A stretch of 64,000 nt of DNA, from contig JAEYRW010000085.1 in the NCBI GenBank assembly GCA_023435435.1, forward strand, positions 1,814 through 65,813. Reading direction: 5' to 3'. The position numbers were made by a program, and so were the translations under genes. The notes below the pieces were generated by a model. That model had not been told where the DNA came from and ran no database searches. It saw nothing but the letters and a program-made list of their open reading frames with translations. This DNA is from Bacillota bacterium. Lineage in GTDB: Bacteria > Bacillota > Clostridia > Christensenellales > Aristaeellaceae. This document shows positions 35,681 to 44,922 of this stretch, piece by piece (the stretch's first letter is position 1; each line of letters starts with the position of its first letter).

Positions 35681-36789
35681 AAAATACATCGACCGACGCC
35701 CGCGAAAATGCCATGTTCTATGCATCCCAGCGAAAGCTGGTGTGGTATAAATTCCGGCGGCACAGACTGGCCGCCGTCTCGCTGGTTCTCCTCGCGCTTC
35801 TCTATTTCGGCGCGGCGTTTTGCGAGATTTTGAGTCCATACGCGGCGAACGCCATGCATTCCGACTACAAGTCCCTCGAACCCCAGCGCATTCACTTTTT
35901 CGATGAAAACGGCCTGACCGCGCCCTTCGTTTACGGCCTCAAGCGCGAGCTGAACATGGAAACCTTCGAGCGCGTCTCGGTGGTTGATACCTCCGTTAAA
36001 TACCCGGTGCGGCTGTTTGGGCGTGGTGAGGAATACGCGTTCTGGGGCCTTTTCAAGACGGATGTTCACCTTCTTGCCTGCGACGGGCCGATGTTCCTTC
36101 TGGGCACCGACATTCACGGCCGGGACATGCTCTCGCGTATTTTGTACGGTTCGCGCATCTCGCTGTCTGTGGGCATCGCGGGCATCGCCGTGACGTTTCT
36201 GCTGGGGCTGTCCATCGGCAGCGTGTCCGGCTATTTCGGCGGCGCGGTGGATGAATTTGTGCAGAGGCTCATCGACCTTGTGATCTGCATTCCCGGAATC
36301 CCGCTGTGGATGGTGCTGGCGGCGGCGCTCCCGACGAACTGGCCGCCGGTCAAGACGTATCTGTGCATCGTACTCATCACCTCCGCCATCGGCTGGACGG
36401 GGCTTGCCCGCGTCGTGCGCGGAAAGATGCTCGCCGTGCGGGAGGAAAGCTTTGTGATGGCGGCCCGGCTGGCCGGGGCGTCGAGCGGCTATATCATGCG
36501 CGTTCACATGCTGCCCACTTTCGCCAGCTACATCATTGTCTCGCTGACCATGTCCATCCCCGGTACGATTCTTGGCGAAACCTCGCTGAGCTTTCTGGGG
36601 CTGGGGCTTCAACCGCCGGCGGTGAGCTGGGGTGTGCTTTTGCAGGGCGCTCAAAATTTGCAGAGCATTGCGGGCATGCCGTGGCTCTTATTGCCCGCGC
36701 TGTGGGTGGTTTTGGCGGTGATTCTGTTTAACTTCGTAGGCGACGGCCTGCGCGATGCGGTGAATCCCTACGGAATGGAGGGCGCGTAG
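35677..36789 (+). CDS. Opp/Dpp/Nik-type ABC permease (C subunit)
   Basis: ATGA overlap with the previous gene. 370 aa, multi-TM. Confidence 0.85.
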   Translation: MKNTSTDARENAMFYASQRKLVWYKFRRHRLAAVSLVLLALLYFGAAFCEILSPYAANAMHSDYKSLEPQRIHFFDENGLTAPFVYGLKRELNMETFERVSVVDTSVKYPVRLFGRGEEYAFWGLFKTDVHLLACDGPMFLLGTDIHGRDMLSRILYGSRISLSVGIAGIAVTFLLGLSIGSVSGYFGGAVDEFVQRLIDLVICIPGIPLWMVLAAALPTNWPPVKTYLCIVLITSAIGWTGLARVVRGKMLAVREESFVMAARLAGASSGYIMRVHMLPTFASYIIVSLTMSIPGTILGETSLSFLGLGLQPPAVSWGVLLQGAQNLQSIAGMPWLLLPALWVVLAVILFNFVGDGLRDAVNPYGMEGA

Positions 36790-36790
36790 T

Positions 36791-37798
36791 ATGGACGAAA
36801 ATGTCCTTCTCGTTGAAAACGTCACCGTACGCTTTCCCGTGTACGGTGGGCTCGTTCACGCTGTGGAACGCGTGAGCCTCGAGATTCCCCGGGGAAAGAC
36901 CGTCGGCATCGTGGGTGAGTCCGGCTGTGGCAAGAGCGTGCTCGCCCTGTCCCTCCTGCGGCTTTTGCCCAAGTCCGCGCTCGTGGATGGCGCGGTGCGG
37001 CTTGCGGGCACAGAGGCACAATCGAACGTGCTCGCCCTTCCCGAAAATTCCCGTTCGCTCAAAAAAATCCGGGGCGGGGAGCTTTCCATGATCTTTCAGG
37101 AGCCCATGCGCGCGCTCTTTCCGCTCAAGACAATCGGGAGTCAGCTCGGCGAGGCCATCCGGCTTCACGTGACCCGCGACCCGGCGGAAATCCGCCAACG
37201 GTCCGTGGCGCTTTTGCGCACGGTGGGCATCCGCGAAGCGGAAAAGCGGCTGAGCGACTATCCCCACCAGTTTTCGGGCGGCATGGCCCAGCGCGTAATG
37301 ATTGCCATCGCCCTGGCGGCGTCGCCCAAGCTTCTCATCGCCGACGAGCCCACAACGGCCCTTGACGTCACCATTCAGGCGCAGGTGCTCAGGCTCATCC
37401 GCCGTATGCAGCGCGAACTGGGCATGTCTGTTCTGTTCATTACACACGACATGGCGGTGATGATGGAGATGGCGGACGAGGTGGCGGTGATGTATCTGGG
37501 ACGCATCGTCGAGCGGGCGGATGCCGAGGTGGTCTTTACGCGCCCGCTCCATCCCTACACCAGGAGGCTCATCGAGGCGATCCCCACCATTGACGGCGCG
37601 CGCAGACGGCTCGCCTCCATCGAAGGCAGTGTGCCGATTCCGCTGAACCTCAAGCCCTGCTGCGGGTTTCACGATCGCTGCCAGAACGCAATTGCGGGGC
37701 TGTGCGACCGGAAATCTCCGGAATTGAGGGAGGCGGAACCCGGGCACTTTGTTTCCTGCTTTCTGTTTCAATTGGAAGGAGGGCGCGCCGATGACTGA
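36791..37798 (+). CDS. Opp/Dpp/Nik-type ABC ATPase (D subunit)
   Basis: [37 protein letters not shown]. Confidence 0.9.
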   Translation: MDENVLLVENVTVRFPVYGGLVHAVERVSLEIPRGKTVGIVGESGCGKSVLALSLLRLLPKSALVDGAVRLAGTEAQSNVLALPENSRSLKKIRGGELSMIFQEPMRALFPLKTIGSQLGEAIRLHVTRDPAEIRQRSVALLRTVGIREAEKRLSDYPHQFSGGMAQRVMIAIALAASPKLLIADEPTTALDVTIQAQVLRLIRRMQRELGMSVLFITHDMAVMMEMADEVAVMYLGRIVERADAEVVFTRPLHPYTRRLIEAIPTIDGARRRLASIEGSVPIPLNLKPCCGFHDRCQNAIAGLCDRKSPELREAEPGHFVSCFLFQLEGGRADD

Positions 37799-38819
37799 TG
37801 TGATCCTGGAGGCAATGGCCTTGCGGAAGGAATACACGGCCTCGTCCGGGCTGCTCGGGCGATCGCGGGAATCGAAAATCGCCGTGGACGGCGTCGACCT
37901 TGTCTTGCGCCGGGGCGAGACGACGGGACTGGTGGGTGAGTCCGGCTGCGGCAAGAGCACGCTGGGCAAATGCCTTTTGCAGGCGGTGCGGCCGACGTCT
38001 GGCTCCGTCGTTCTCCACGGCGCAAATGGGGTGTCGGAGCTCACACGGCTCAGCGACCGGGCGCTCAAGCCGCTGCGTCCCCGGATGCAAATGATCTTTC
38101 AGGACCCGTTCAATTCCCTGAATCCCAATATGACCGTGCGGGACTTGATCGGAGAGCCGCTTCTGCTCATGACGAACCAGTCCGCCGCCCAGCGGGAGGA
38201 GGCGGTCAAGGAGCTCATGGACGCGGTGGGCCTGAACCGCATGTACATGGGCCGCTACGCCCATGCCTTCAGCGGCGGACAGCGCCAGCGCATCTGCATC
38301 GCGCGCGCCATCGCCACGAAGCCCGACTTCGTGGTGTGCGACGAGGCGGTCTCCGCGTTGGACGTCTCCGTGCGCGCGCAGATCATCAACCTTCTGATTG
38401 ACCTGCAAAAGAGTCTGAACATGGCGTATCTGTTCATCTCCCACGACCTGAGCGTTGTCCGGCACGTAAGCGCACGGATCGCGGTGATGTACATGGGCCG
38501 CATCGTGGAAATGGGCGCGACGGACGAGGTCTACGACTTCCCCGCGCATCCCTACACCAGGCTGCTCCTCGATTCCGTGCCGACCTTCGATCTGGCGCGG
38601 AGAAGGCGGATTCGCATGGAGGAGAAAAACAGCGCGGCCGAAGCCGCGGACGAGCCAAAGGCCGCCGCCGCGGGCTGCACATTTCATCCGCGCTGCAAGC
38701 GGCGGGGAAACGATCCGCGCTGCCAAAAGGAAGCCCCGCCCCTCGCGGACTTGGGAAACGGACACAAAAGCGCCTGCTGGCTGAACGGCAAGGAGGATGA
38801 ATATGAACCGGTCGTTTGA
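37791..38819 (+). CDS. Opp/Dpp/Nik-type ABC ATPase (F subunit)
   Basis: GGAAGGAGG RBS before [49 protein letters not shown]. Confidence 0.9.
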   Translation: MTDVILEAMALRKEYTASSGLLGRSRESKIAVDGVDLVLRRGETTGLVGESGCGKSTLGKCLLQAVRPTSGSVVLHGANGVSELTRLSDRALKPLRPRMQMIFQDPFNSLNPNMTVRDLIGEPLLLMTNQSAAQREEAVKELMDAVGLNRMYMGRYAHAFSGGQRQRICIARAIATKPDFVVCDEAVSALDVSVRAQIINLLIDLQKSLNMAYLFISHDLSVVRHVSARIAVMYMGRIVEMGATDEVYDFPAHPYTRLLLDSVPTFDLARRRRIRMEEKNSAAEAADEPKAAAAGCTFHPRCKRRGNDPRCQKEAPPLADLGNGHKSACWLNGKEDEYEPVV

Positions 38820-39681
38820 GGGCCTCAAAATCGCGGAGACGCGAATCGAAATCCCGGGCCTCGCCGCGCCGACGCGGCTGATGCATATTACGGACATGCA
38901 CCTGACGCATACGGACGAGCGGGACGCGCCCCGCACCCACGAGATCGCCCGGGAGCGCACGCGGCTGTTTCAGAGATACGCCGATTGCCCCATCCGCGCG
39001 CTGTTCGAGCGGATTTTAGCGCAAGCCGGGGCGGCCGGCGCGGATGCGGTCGTCCTGACCGGCGACATCGTAGACTTCCCGTCGCGCGCCAATCTGGAGG
39101 CGCTGGACCTGCTGCTCAACAAGTCCGGTCTCAACTATGCCTTTGTGACCGGCAATCACGACTGGTGGCCGGAATATCTGGACGGCCGGACAGGCAGGCA
39201 TGCGGAATACATGGAAAGACTCGCGCCATTCATGGACGTTGTCCACGGTTGCGGCGTCAAGGTCGTAAACGGCGTGCGCATTCTTACCCTGGACGACAGC
39301 GAATACCAGATTTCGCCGGAACAGCTCGGTTTCGTGGAGGAACAGCTCTCCGGCGGCGCGCCCTGTCTTCTGTTTCTGCACATCCCCCTTTATGCGCCTT
39401 CCCTCGTGCCGGACGTCCTCAATGTATGGAAATCGCCCATACTCGCGGGCGTGCCCGCGGACTTGCCGCGCGGTCCCAAGGGGACCATCGACGCGCCGCT
39501 CCCGCTTCCGTCGACCCAGGCGTTCCTGCGGCTGCTTGCACGGCGGGAGTTTAGCAATCTGTACGGCGTCTTCGCGGGGCACGTCCACTTTGCCCATGAG
39601 GACGCGCTGTGCGGCGACGTGATCCAGTCCGTCACCGCGCCGGGATATAGCGGCGTCTGCCGCCTGATCACACTGGGCTGA
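38803..39681 (+). CDS. metallophosphoesterase (calcineurin-like)
   Basis: HITDMHL, LTGDIVD, GNHDWW, LHIPL and GHVHF motifs. Start at ATG 38803 (6 nt after AGGAGG) or at 38797. Confidence 0.8.
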   Translation: MNRSFEGLKIAETRIEIPGLAAPTRLMHITDMHLTHTDERDAPRTHEIARERTRLFQRYADCPIRALFERILAQAGAAGADAVVLTGDIVDFPSRANLEALDLLLNKSGLNYAFVTGNHDWWPEYLDGRTGRHAEYMERLAPFMDVVHGCGVKVVNGVRILTLDDSEYQISPEQLGFVEEQLSGGAPCLLFLHIPLYAPSLVPDVLNVWKSPILAGVPADLPRGPKGTIDAPLPLPSTQAFLRLLARREFSNLYGVFAGHVHFAHEDALCGDVIQSVTAPGYSGVCRLITLG

Positions 39682-39691
39682 GCACGCAAAG

Positions 39692-39723
39692 GCCCTGCGG
39701 CGACTTCGCGCGCAGGGCTTTTT
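39692..39723 (+). terminator. intrinsic terminator
   Basis: GCCCTGCG-loop-CGCAGGGC followed by TTTTT. Confidence 0.75.
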
Positions 39724-39881
39724 GGCATTCCTGGACCCTGTTCCGGTACGCCATCCACGACAGAAAATGTGGAATGCGACGAGAGCCTTTTGCGCCCGGC
39801 GCGAAGCCGGCGCGCAGGCGCCGCCGAAAAAGATCTCAGTGCGCACGGTGCGCGGCCTGCTCTGATTCATGCTTCTTTAAC

Positions 39882-39910
39882 TTGACCGCACCGCCGGGAT
39901 TTGATATAAT
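39882..39910 (+). promoter_or_regulatory. strong promoter of nitrogenase-like/importer locus A
   Basis: TTGACC, 17 nt spacer, TATAAT with an extended TG (TGATATAAT). Confidence 0.7.
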
Positions 39911-39920
39911 CCCATTGGAG

Positions 39921-39934
39921 TTAGTATTTCCTAA
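39921..39934. promoter_or_regulatory. TTAG-N6-CTAA operator, copy 6
   Basis: TTAGTATTTCCTAA about 10 nt downstream of the -10. Flank CCATTGGAGTTAG. Confidence 0.55.
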
Positions 39935-39995
39935 CGATTGAATTGGATGGAAAGGCTTGACCTGCACGGCTCGGCTCTTTTTTAATGCCATTGAG

Positions 39996-40009
39996 TTAGC
40001 TCTTACTAA
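39996..40009. promoter_or_regulatory. TTAG-N6-CTAA operator, copy 7
   Basis: TTAGCTCTTACTAA directly before the RBS of the NifH-like gene. Flank CCATTGAGTTAG. Preceded by a second TTGACC (39957-39962). Confidence 0.55.
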
Positions 40010-40024
40010 CATATGGAGGGAAGA

Positions 40025-40801
40025 ATGCGCAAGATTGCGATTTACGGAAAGGGTGGCATCGGGAAGTCCACCACGGCCTCGAATCTTTCCGCGGCGCTGG
40101 CCCGGCGGGGGAAGCGGGTCATGCAGGTAGGCTGTGACCCAAAGGCGGATTCTACAAAGACCCTCATGGGCGGACGCCGGATTCCCACCGTACTCGAGCA
40201 AATGCGCAAAAAGGGCGAGGCGCTCGCGCTTCCCGACATCGTGTTCGAGGGCTTCGGCGGTGTTTTGTGCGTCGAATCCGGCGGGCCGACGCCGGGGGTG
40301 GGCTGCGCGGGGCGCGGCATCATTTCGGCGTTTGAAAAGCTCGAAGAGCTGCGCGCGTTTCAGGTTCACAGGCCGGACATCGTGATCTACGATGTTCTGG
40401 GGGACGTCGTGTGCGGGGGCTTCGCGATGCCCATCCGGGAGGGATATGCCCGCGAGGTATTCATCGTGTCATCGGGTGAGATGATGTCTCTCTACGCGGC
40501 GGACAACATCGCCCAAGCGATCCGAAACTTTGGGAAGCGCGGCTACGCCCGGCTCAGCGGCCTCATTTTGAATGCCAAGAACATCGAAAACGAGACGGAG
40601 ATCGTAAAAAAGGCTGCGGAAGAGATCGGCACCGAAATCATCGCCCGCATTCCGCGCTCGGGAGACATCCAGATTGCCGAGGCTGGAGGAGGAACAGTCT
40701 TCGAGCGCGCCAAGGATTCTCCCATGTGCGCCGTCTATGACGCCCTCGCGGGCAGCGTGCTCGCGCGCACCCAGGCGGACGACACTTCATTTACCGCATA
40801 G
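40025..40801 (+). CDS. NifH/BchL-family ATPase with [4Fe-4S] ligands (nitrogenase-like reductase component), copy A
   Basis: [18 protein letters not shown]-loop, CDPKADST switch [10 protein letters not shown] and [15 protein letters not shown] with both cluster cysteines. GGAGGG RBS. Confidence 0.9.
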   Translation: MRKIAIYGKGGIGKSTTASNLSAALARRGKRVMQVGCDPKADSTKTLMGGRRIPTVLEQMRKKGEALALPDIVFEGFGGVLCVESGGPTPGVGCAGRGIISAFEKLEELRAFQVHRPDIVIYDVLGDVVCGGFAMPIREGYAREVFIVSSGEMMSLYAADNIAQAIRNFGKRGYARLSGLILNAKNIENETEIVKKAAEEIGTEIIARIPRSGDIQIAEAGGGTVFERAKDSPMCAVYDALAGSVLARTQADDTSFTA

Positions 40802-40855
40802 AAGTTTGGCGCGCCACAGGCCGCCAATCCACATAAATGGAAGGAGTTGACCCCC

Positions 40856-41824
40856 ATGCACCACAAATTCACGAGCCTTCTCTCGCTGCTTGCCGCCTTC
40901 TGCTTCCTGACCCTCGGACTGCCCGCCTTCGCGGAATCCGGGACGGTCACCGTCGCTTATCCCGCCAATATGCAGGAGAAGGGCTATACCGAGTCGGTGG
41001 TACTCGACAAGATGCCCGAACGCGTGGTTTCCATCGCCACGACCCCCGTCCTTGCCCTATACAGGCTCGGCGTTTCCATGGTCGGGATTCCCGCCAGCAG
41101 CGTCGTCACATGGCCAGAAGACCTGACCGCAGCGGCAGAGCAGCTCGTGGTGGGCCACGGCTCGAATTTTGACATCGAGACCGTCGTCGCCATGGAGCCG
41201 GATCTGGTGATCATGGGCTACACGAGCCAGGAGACCTACGGCGCCGTGTGCGAGGGCGCGGGCATCCCCGTCTACTACGTGGACGCGGGGCACACCGTCT
41301 CCTACGAGTCCATTAAGCAGCAGACAGAGGCGCTCATCGAAGCCTTCGGCCCGGAAAGCACGGCGGGCGCGGAGGTCATGGCATCCTTCTCCGACCTCGA
41401 AGCGCGCCTTGAGAGCGTGAAGACAGAGTTCACGGGCAAAACCGTCATGGTGCTCCAGTCCAGCCCCCCCGACCATTACATTCAGACCGCAGGCGGCACC
41501 CTCGGCTCCATGGCCGAGATGCTCGGTTTTACAAACGTCTACGAAAACGCCGAGACCTCGATGGTGCTCGTGGATTACGAGCAAGCCATCGGCTACGATC
41601 CCGATCTCGTGCTGGCCGTTGGCGCAAGCGCCACCGGCGAGGAGCATCGTACGCTTATGGAGACGGATTTCAAAAACAATCCCGACTACTGGAACAGCAT
41701 TCCCGCCATCGCGCGCGGCGACATCATTTACCTGCCCGTTTCCTATGTTGCCAGTGCGGGCATCAACGTCATCGACAACATCAACGCCCTCATCGACACG
41801 ATTGGGGCGCATTACGCCAAATAA
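40856..41824 (+). CDS. iron-chelate/B12-type ABC substrate-binding protein (Peripla_BP_2), locus A
   Basis: GGAAGGAG RBS. Signal peptide ...LLSLLAAFCFLTLGLPAFA, then PERVVSIATTPVLALYRLGV. Confidence 0.85.
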   Translation: MHHKFTSLLSLLAAFCFLTLGLPAFAESGTVTVAYPANMQEKGYTESVVLDKMPERVVSIATTPVLALYRLGVSMVGIPASSVVTWPEDLTAAAEQLVVGHGSNFDIETVVAMEPDLVIMGYTSQETYGAVCEGAGIPVYYVDAGHTVSYESIKQQTEALIEAFGPESTAGAEVMASFSDLEARLESVKTEFTGKTVMVLQSSPPDHYIQTAGGTLGSMAEMLGFTNVYENAETSMVLVDYEQAIGYDPDLVLAVGASATGEEHRTLMETDFKNNPDYWNSIPAIARGDIIYLPVSYVASAGINVIDNINALIDTIGAHYAK

Positions 41825-41825
41825 T

Positions 41826-42845
41826 ATGGCAAAGGCGCAAAAACGCGGCGGCGCCCTGCGGGTGGGCGGCGTATGGCTGATCCTGATCGCACTGCTGGCT
41901 GTCGCCGCGTGCGTCGCGCTCTCCGTGGGCAGCGCGGGGTACTCCGTTCCGGAGATCCTGCGCGCCCTGTTCGGCGGGGAAAAAAGCACGGTCCGGGTGG
42001 TCGTCCTGAATCTCCGCCTTCCTCGGCTGATCCTTTCGGTTCTCATCGGCGCGTCGCTCTCGGCGGCGGGAGCGCTTCTCCAGTCCGTCATGCGCAATCC
42101 CCTTGCCGATCCGGGGATCATCGGCGTCTCGGCGGGGGCGGGCACGGCGGCGACGACCGTGCTTCTCCTCTTTCCGGAGATGACCGGCGCGCTGCCCCTG
42201 TTCGCGTTCGGCGGCGCGGCGCTTGCGTGCGTGCTCATCTACGCCCTCGCGTGGAAGGGCGGCGTGGATCCCGTGCGGATCATACTGTCGGGCGTGGCCA
42301 TCAATTCGGTGCTCGGCGCGTATAATTCACTTTTGCAGCTTCTCAATTCCGACAGTCTCGAGGGTGTGCTGGCGTTCATGAGCGGTTCCCTTTCCGGGCG
42401 GTCCTGGCAGCAGGTGCGCGTGCTGGCGGTGTACGCGGGCATCGGCATCGCCCTGGCCTTTGTGTGTGTCAGGAGCGCGAATACCCTGCAACTGGGGGAT
42501 GAGATGGCCAAGAGCCTGGGCGTAAACGTGAATCTGAGCCGGATTCTGCTCTCCGCCGTGTCGGCGTTTCTCGCGGCGGCGACGGTCTCCGTGGCGGGCA
42601 TGATCGGCTTTGTGGGGCTGGTGGTTCCCCATATCGCGCGCATGCTCGTGGGGTCCGATTACAAGGTAATGCTTCCCACCAGCGTGCTTTTGGGCGCGCT
42701 GGTGCTCATGATCGCGGACACGGCGGGCCGCACCCTCATTCCGGGAATGGAGATCCCCGTCGGCATCGTGATGGCGGCGGCGGGCGGGCCGTTCTTCCTG
42801 TATATGCTCAGAAGGAGTGGTAAAGTCGGTGGAAATCCGGGCTGA
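41826..42845 (+). CDS. FecCD-family permease, locus A
   Basis: MAKAQKRGG... start 1 nt after the binding-protein stop. [17 protein letters not shown] motif; multi-TM. Confidence 0.9.
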   Translation: MAKAQKRGGALRVGGVWLILIALLAVAACVALSVGSAGYSVPEILRALFGGEKSTVRVVVLNLRLPRLILSVLIGASLSAAGALLQSVMRNPLADPGIIGVSAGAGTAATTVLLLFPEMTGALPLFAFGGAALACVLIYALAWKGGVDPVRIILSGVAINSVLGAYNSLLQLLNSDSLEGVLAFMSGSLSGRSWQQVRVLAVYAGIGIALAFVCVRSANTLQLGDEMAKSLGVNVNLSRILLSAVSAFLAAATVSVAGMIGFVGLVVPHIARMLVGSDYKVMLPTSVLLGALVLMIADTAGRTLIPGMEIPVGIVMAAAGGPFFLYMLRRSGKVGGNPG

Positions 42846-43611
42846 AAATCTGGAAATGGCCTACGGCGAATTTGTCGCGGTGGCGCAGATGGACATCAGG
42901 ATTCAAAAGGGGAAGATCACAACGATCATCGGACCCAACGGCTCCGGGAAATCGACGGTCCTAAAGGGCCTCTCGCGCCTTCTTTCGTATCGCGGCGGCG
43001 CGGTGTATCTGGGTGAAAAGGACATGAAGAATTTCGGCGCCAAGGAACTGGCGCGCAGGGTGGCGGTGCTTCCGCAGATTCACGCCGCGCCGCCGGATTT
43101 TCGGGTCAAGGAACTCGTGGGGTACGGGCGCATGCCGCATCAGAGGTGGTATCAGAAAAAGTGCCGCGCCGAGGACGAGGCGGTCATCGACTGGGCCATG
43201 CGCGCGACCGGCGTGTGGCCGCTTCGTGAAAAGTCCATTCGGGAATGCTCCGGCGGCGAATGTCAGCGGGTCTGGATCGCCACGGTTCTCACCCAGCAGC
43301 CGGAATTCCTGTTTCTGGACGAGCCCACGACGTATCTGGACATCGCGCACCAGATGGAGACCATGCGGCTCATCAAAAAGCTCAACCGCGAGGCGGGAAT
43401 GGGTGTGGTGATGGTGCTGCACGATTTGAGCCACGCCCTGGAAGTAAGCGACTGGATTGTGGTCATCAAGGACGGAAAAAAGGCGGGGGAGGGCGTGCCC
43501 GGGGACGTCATCACGCCGGAGATGATGCGCGCGGTCTACGACGTGGACTGCGACATCATTGCCGTGCCCGGTCGGGAAAAGCCCCTCATCGCCTACCGCG
43601 AAATATCATAA
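42829..43611 (+). CDS. FecE-type ABC ATPase, locus A
   Basis: GPNGSGKSTVLK, CSGGECQRVWIATVL, FLFLDEPTT. Start GTG 42829 is preferred (GAAGGAG 11 nt upstream); the track start at 42817 abuts the RBS. Confidence 0.85.
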   Translation: MEIRAENLEMAYGEFVAVAQMDIRIQKGKITTIIGPNGSGKSTVLKGLSRLLSYRGGAVYLGEKDMKNFGAKELARRVAVLPQIHAAPPDFRVKELVGYGRMPHQRWYQKKCRAEDEAVIDWAMRATGVWPLREKSIRECSGGECQRVWIATVLTQQPEFLFLDEPTTYLDIAHQMETMRLIKKLNREAGMGVVMVLHDLSHALEVSDWIVVIKDGKKAGEGVPGDVITPEMMRAVYDVDCDIIAVPGREKPLIAYREIS

Positions 43612-43623
43612 AAGGAGCAAGCC

Positions 43624-44922
43624 ATGGACGGAAAGACGATCGTCGCGCGCCTGAAAAAGCTGCGCGATGTGGAAACCATCCGGGAGGTCAAGACGCTCAC
43701 CGCAGCCATGTTCCCCGGCCCGCACTGTCCCCTCATGGGCGCTGCGATGGCCGTGCGCGGCATACGGGACGGTGTGATTCTGGTCCTGGGGACGGAGGAA
43801 TGTGCGTACTACACCAAGGACATGACGATCCACTCCGGCGAATTCGGCGGACTGGCCGGACGCTGCGTCTCCGTGGTGCTGGACAAAGGGGACGTCACCT
43901 TTGGCTTCCGGGAAAAAGCGGAGGCGGCATTCGGGGAGCTCATGGCCGAGTACGGCCCCAGGGCCGTGTTTCTGACCACCACATGCGTGGTGGAGATCAT
44001 CGGCGAGGACGTGGATGCCCTCGCGGCGCGCATGACCGAAAAGTGGGGGATTCCTGTCATGGCGGTGCATACCGAACACTTCAAGTGCGAAAACCACATT
44101 CCGGGTCTCGCGCGCACAATCTCCGCGTGCTTTGACATAATGGAGTCCCGTCCCCCGGACGGAAGCGTCAATGTGCTCGGGCAGCGCATGGGCGATTTTT
44201 CAAAAACGGAGCTCAGCCGGGTGCTGGGAGAGGCGGGGGCTCGGGTGGGACTGCGGCTCCCCTCCGGCTGTTCCGTGGAGGAAATCAAGGGTGCGGCGGC
44301 CGCCAAAGTCAACGTGGTCGTAAACGAGATCGCCCTGCCCCTCGCGCGGCGGATGGAAGCCGAATTCGGCATCCCGTGGGTGTTCTTCGACCGGTTTGTT
44401 TCGCCGGAGAACATCATGGCCGCATATGAAAGGCTGTTCGCCGCGCTTGCGCTTCCGCTGCCCGACCAATTGAGAGGTCTTTACGCCGCAGCCCGAAAAG
44501 CCCGGGACGGGGCCGCGCGGGCGCTTTCGGGGGTCAAATACATCTACGGCAACACGCCGCTGCGCACCTTTGAATTCAACCGGCTTCTGGTCGAGCTGGG
44601 CATGATTCCCGCGCTCATCCAGACATCCTCCCTCGAGCCGGAGGACAGGGCGGACATTGCCGCGATCCTCGAAAAGAGCGATCCCTACGTCACGAAAACC
44701 GCCAACATCGCGCCTCTCCAGTTTGTTTACGACGAGTTGCAGCCCGACGTCTATTTGGGGCACGAGTTCGCCGCGCGGCTGCGCAAGAAGGGCATCGCCA
44801 TTGCCCATACCGACCGGGCAAGCGGGATGCTTGGCTTTGAGGTTACGGGCTTTGTGCTCGGCGCTCTCGCGGCCGCCGCGCGGGAGGCAAAGGAGTACCG
44901 GAAGGAGGTTTTCGCTTCATGA
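43624..44922 (+). CDS. nitrogenase component-1-type oxidoreductase, NifD/BchN-like subunit, copy A
   Basis: 432 aa, AAGGAG RBS. Three cysteines sit in the canonical cluster-ligand contexts: GPHCPLMGA, LGTEECAYY and TTTCVVEIIGEDVD. Confidence 0.8.
   Translation: MDGKTIVARLKKLRDVETIREVKTLTAAMFPGPHCPLMGAAMAVRGIRDGVILVLGTEECAYYTKDMTIHSGEFGGLAGRCVSVVLDKGDVTFGFREKAEAAFGELMAEYGPRAVFLTTTCVVEIIGEDVDALAARMTEKWGIPVMAVHTEHFKCENHIPGLARTISACFDIMESRPPDGSVNVLGQRMGDFSKTELSRVLGEAGARVGLRLPSGCSVEEIKGAAAAKVNVVVNEIALPLARRMEAEFGIPWVFFDRFVSPENIMAAYERLFAALALPLPDQLRGLYAAARKARDGAARALSGVKYIYGNTPLRTFEFNRLLVELGMIPALIQTSSLEPEDRADIAAILEKSDPYVTKTANIAPLQFVYDELQPDVYLGHEFAARLRKKGIAIAHTDRASGMLGFEVTGFVLGALAAAAREAKEYRKEVFAS

Noticed and set aside
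39957-39986. A second promoter (TTGACC, 17-18 nt spacer, TTTAAT) between the two locus A operators
   Set aside because: The -10 element is weak. It may simply reflect duplication of the promoter-operator unit. It is mentioned under the operator feature rather than called as a feature.
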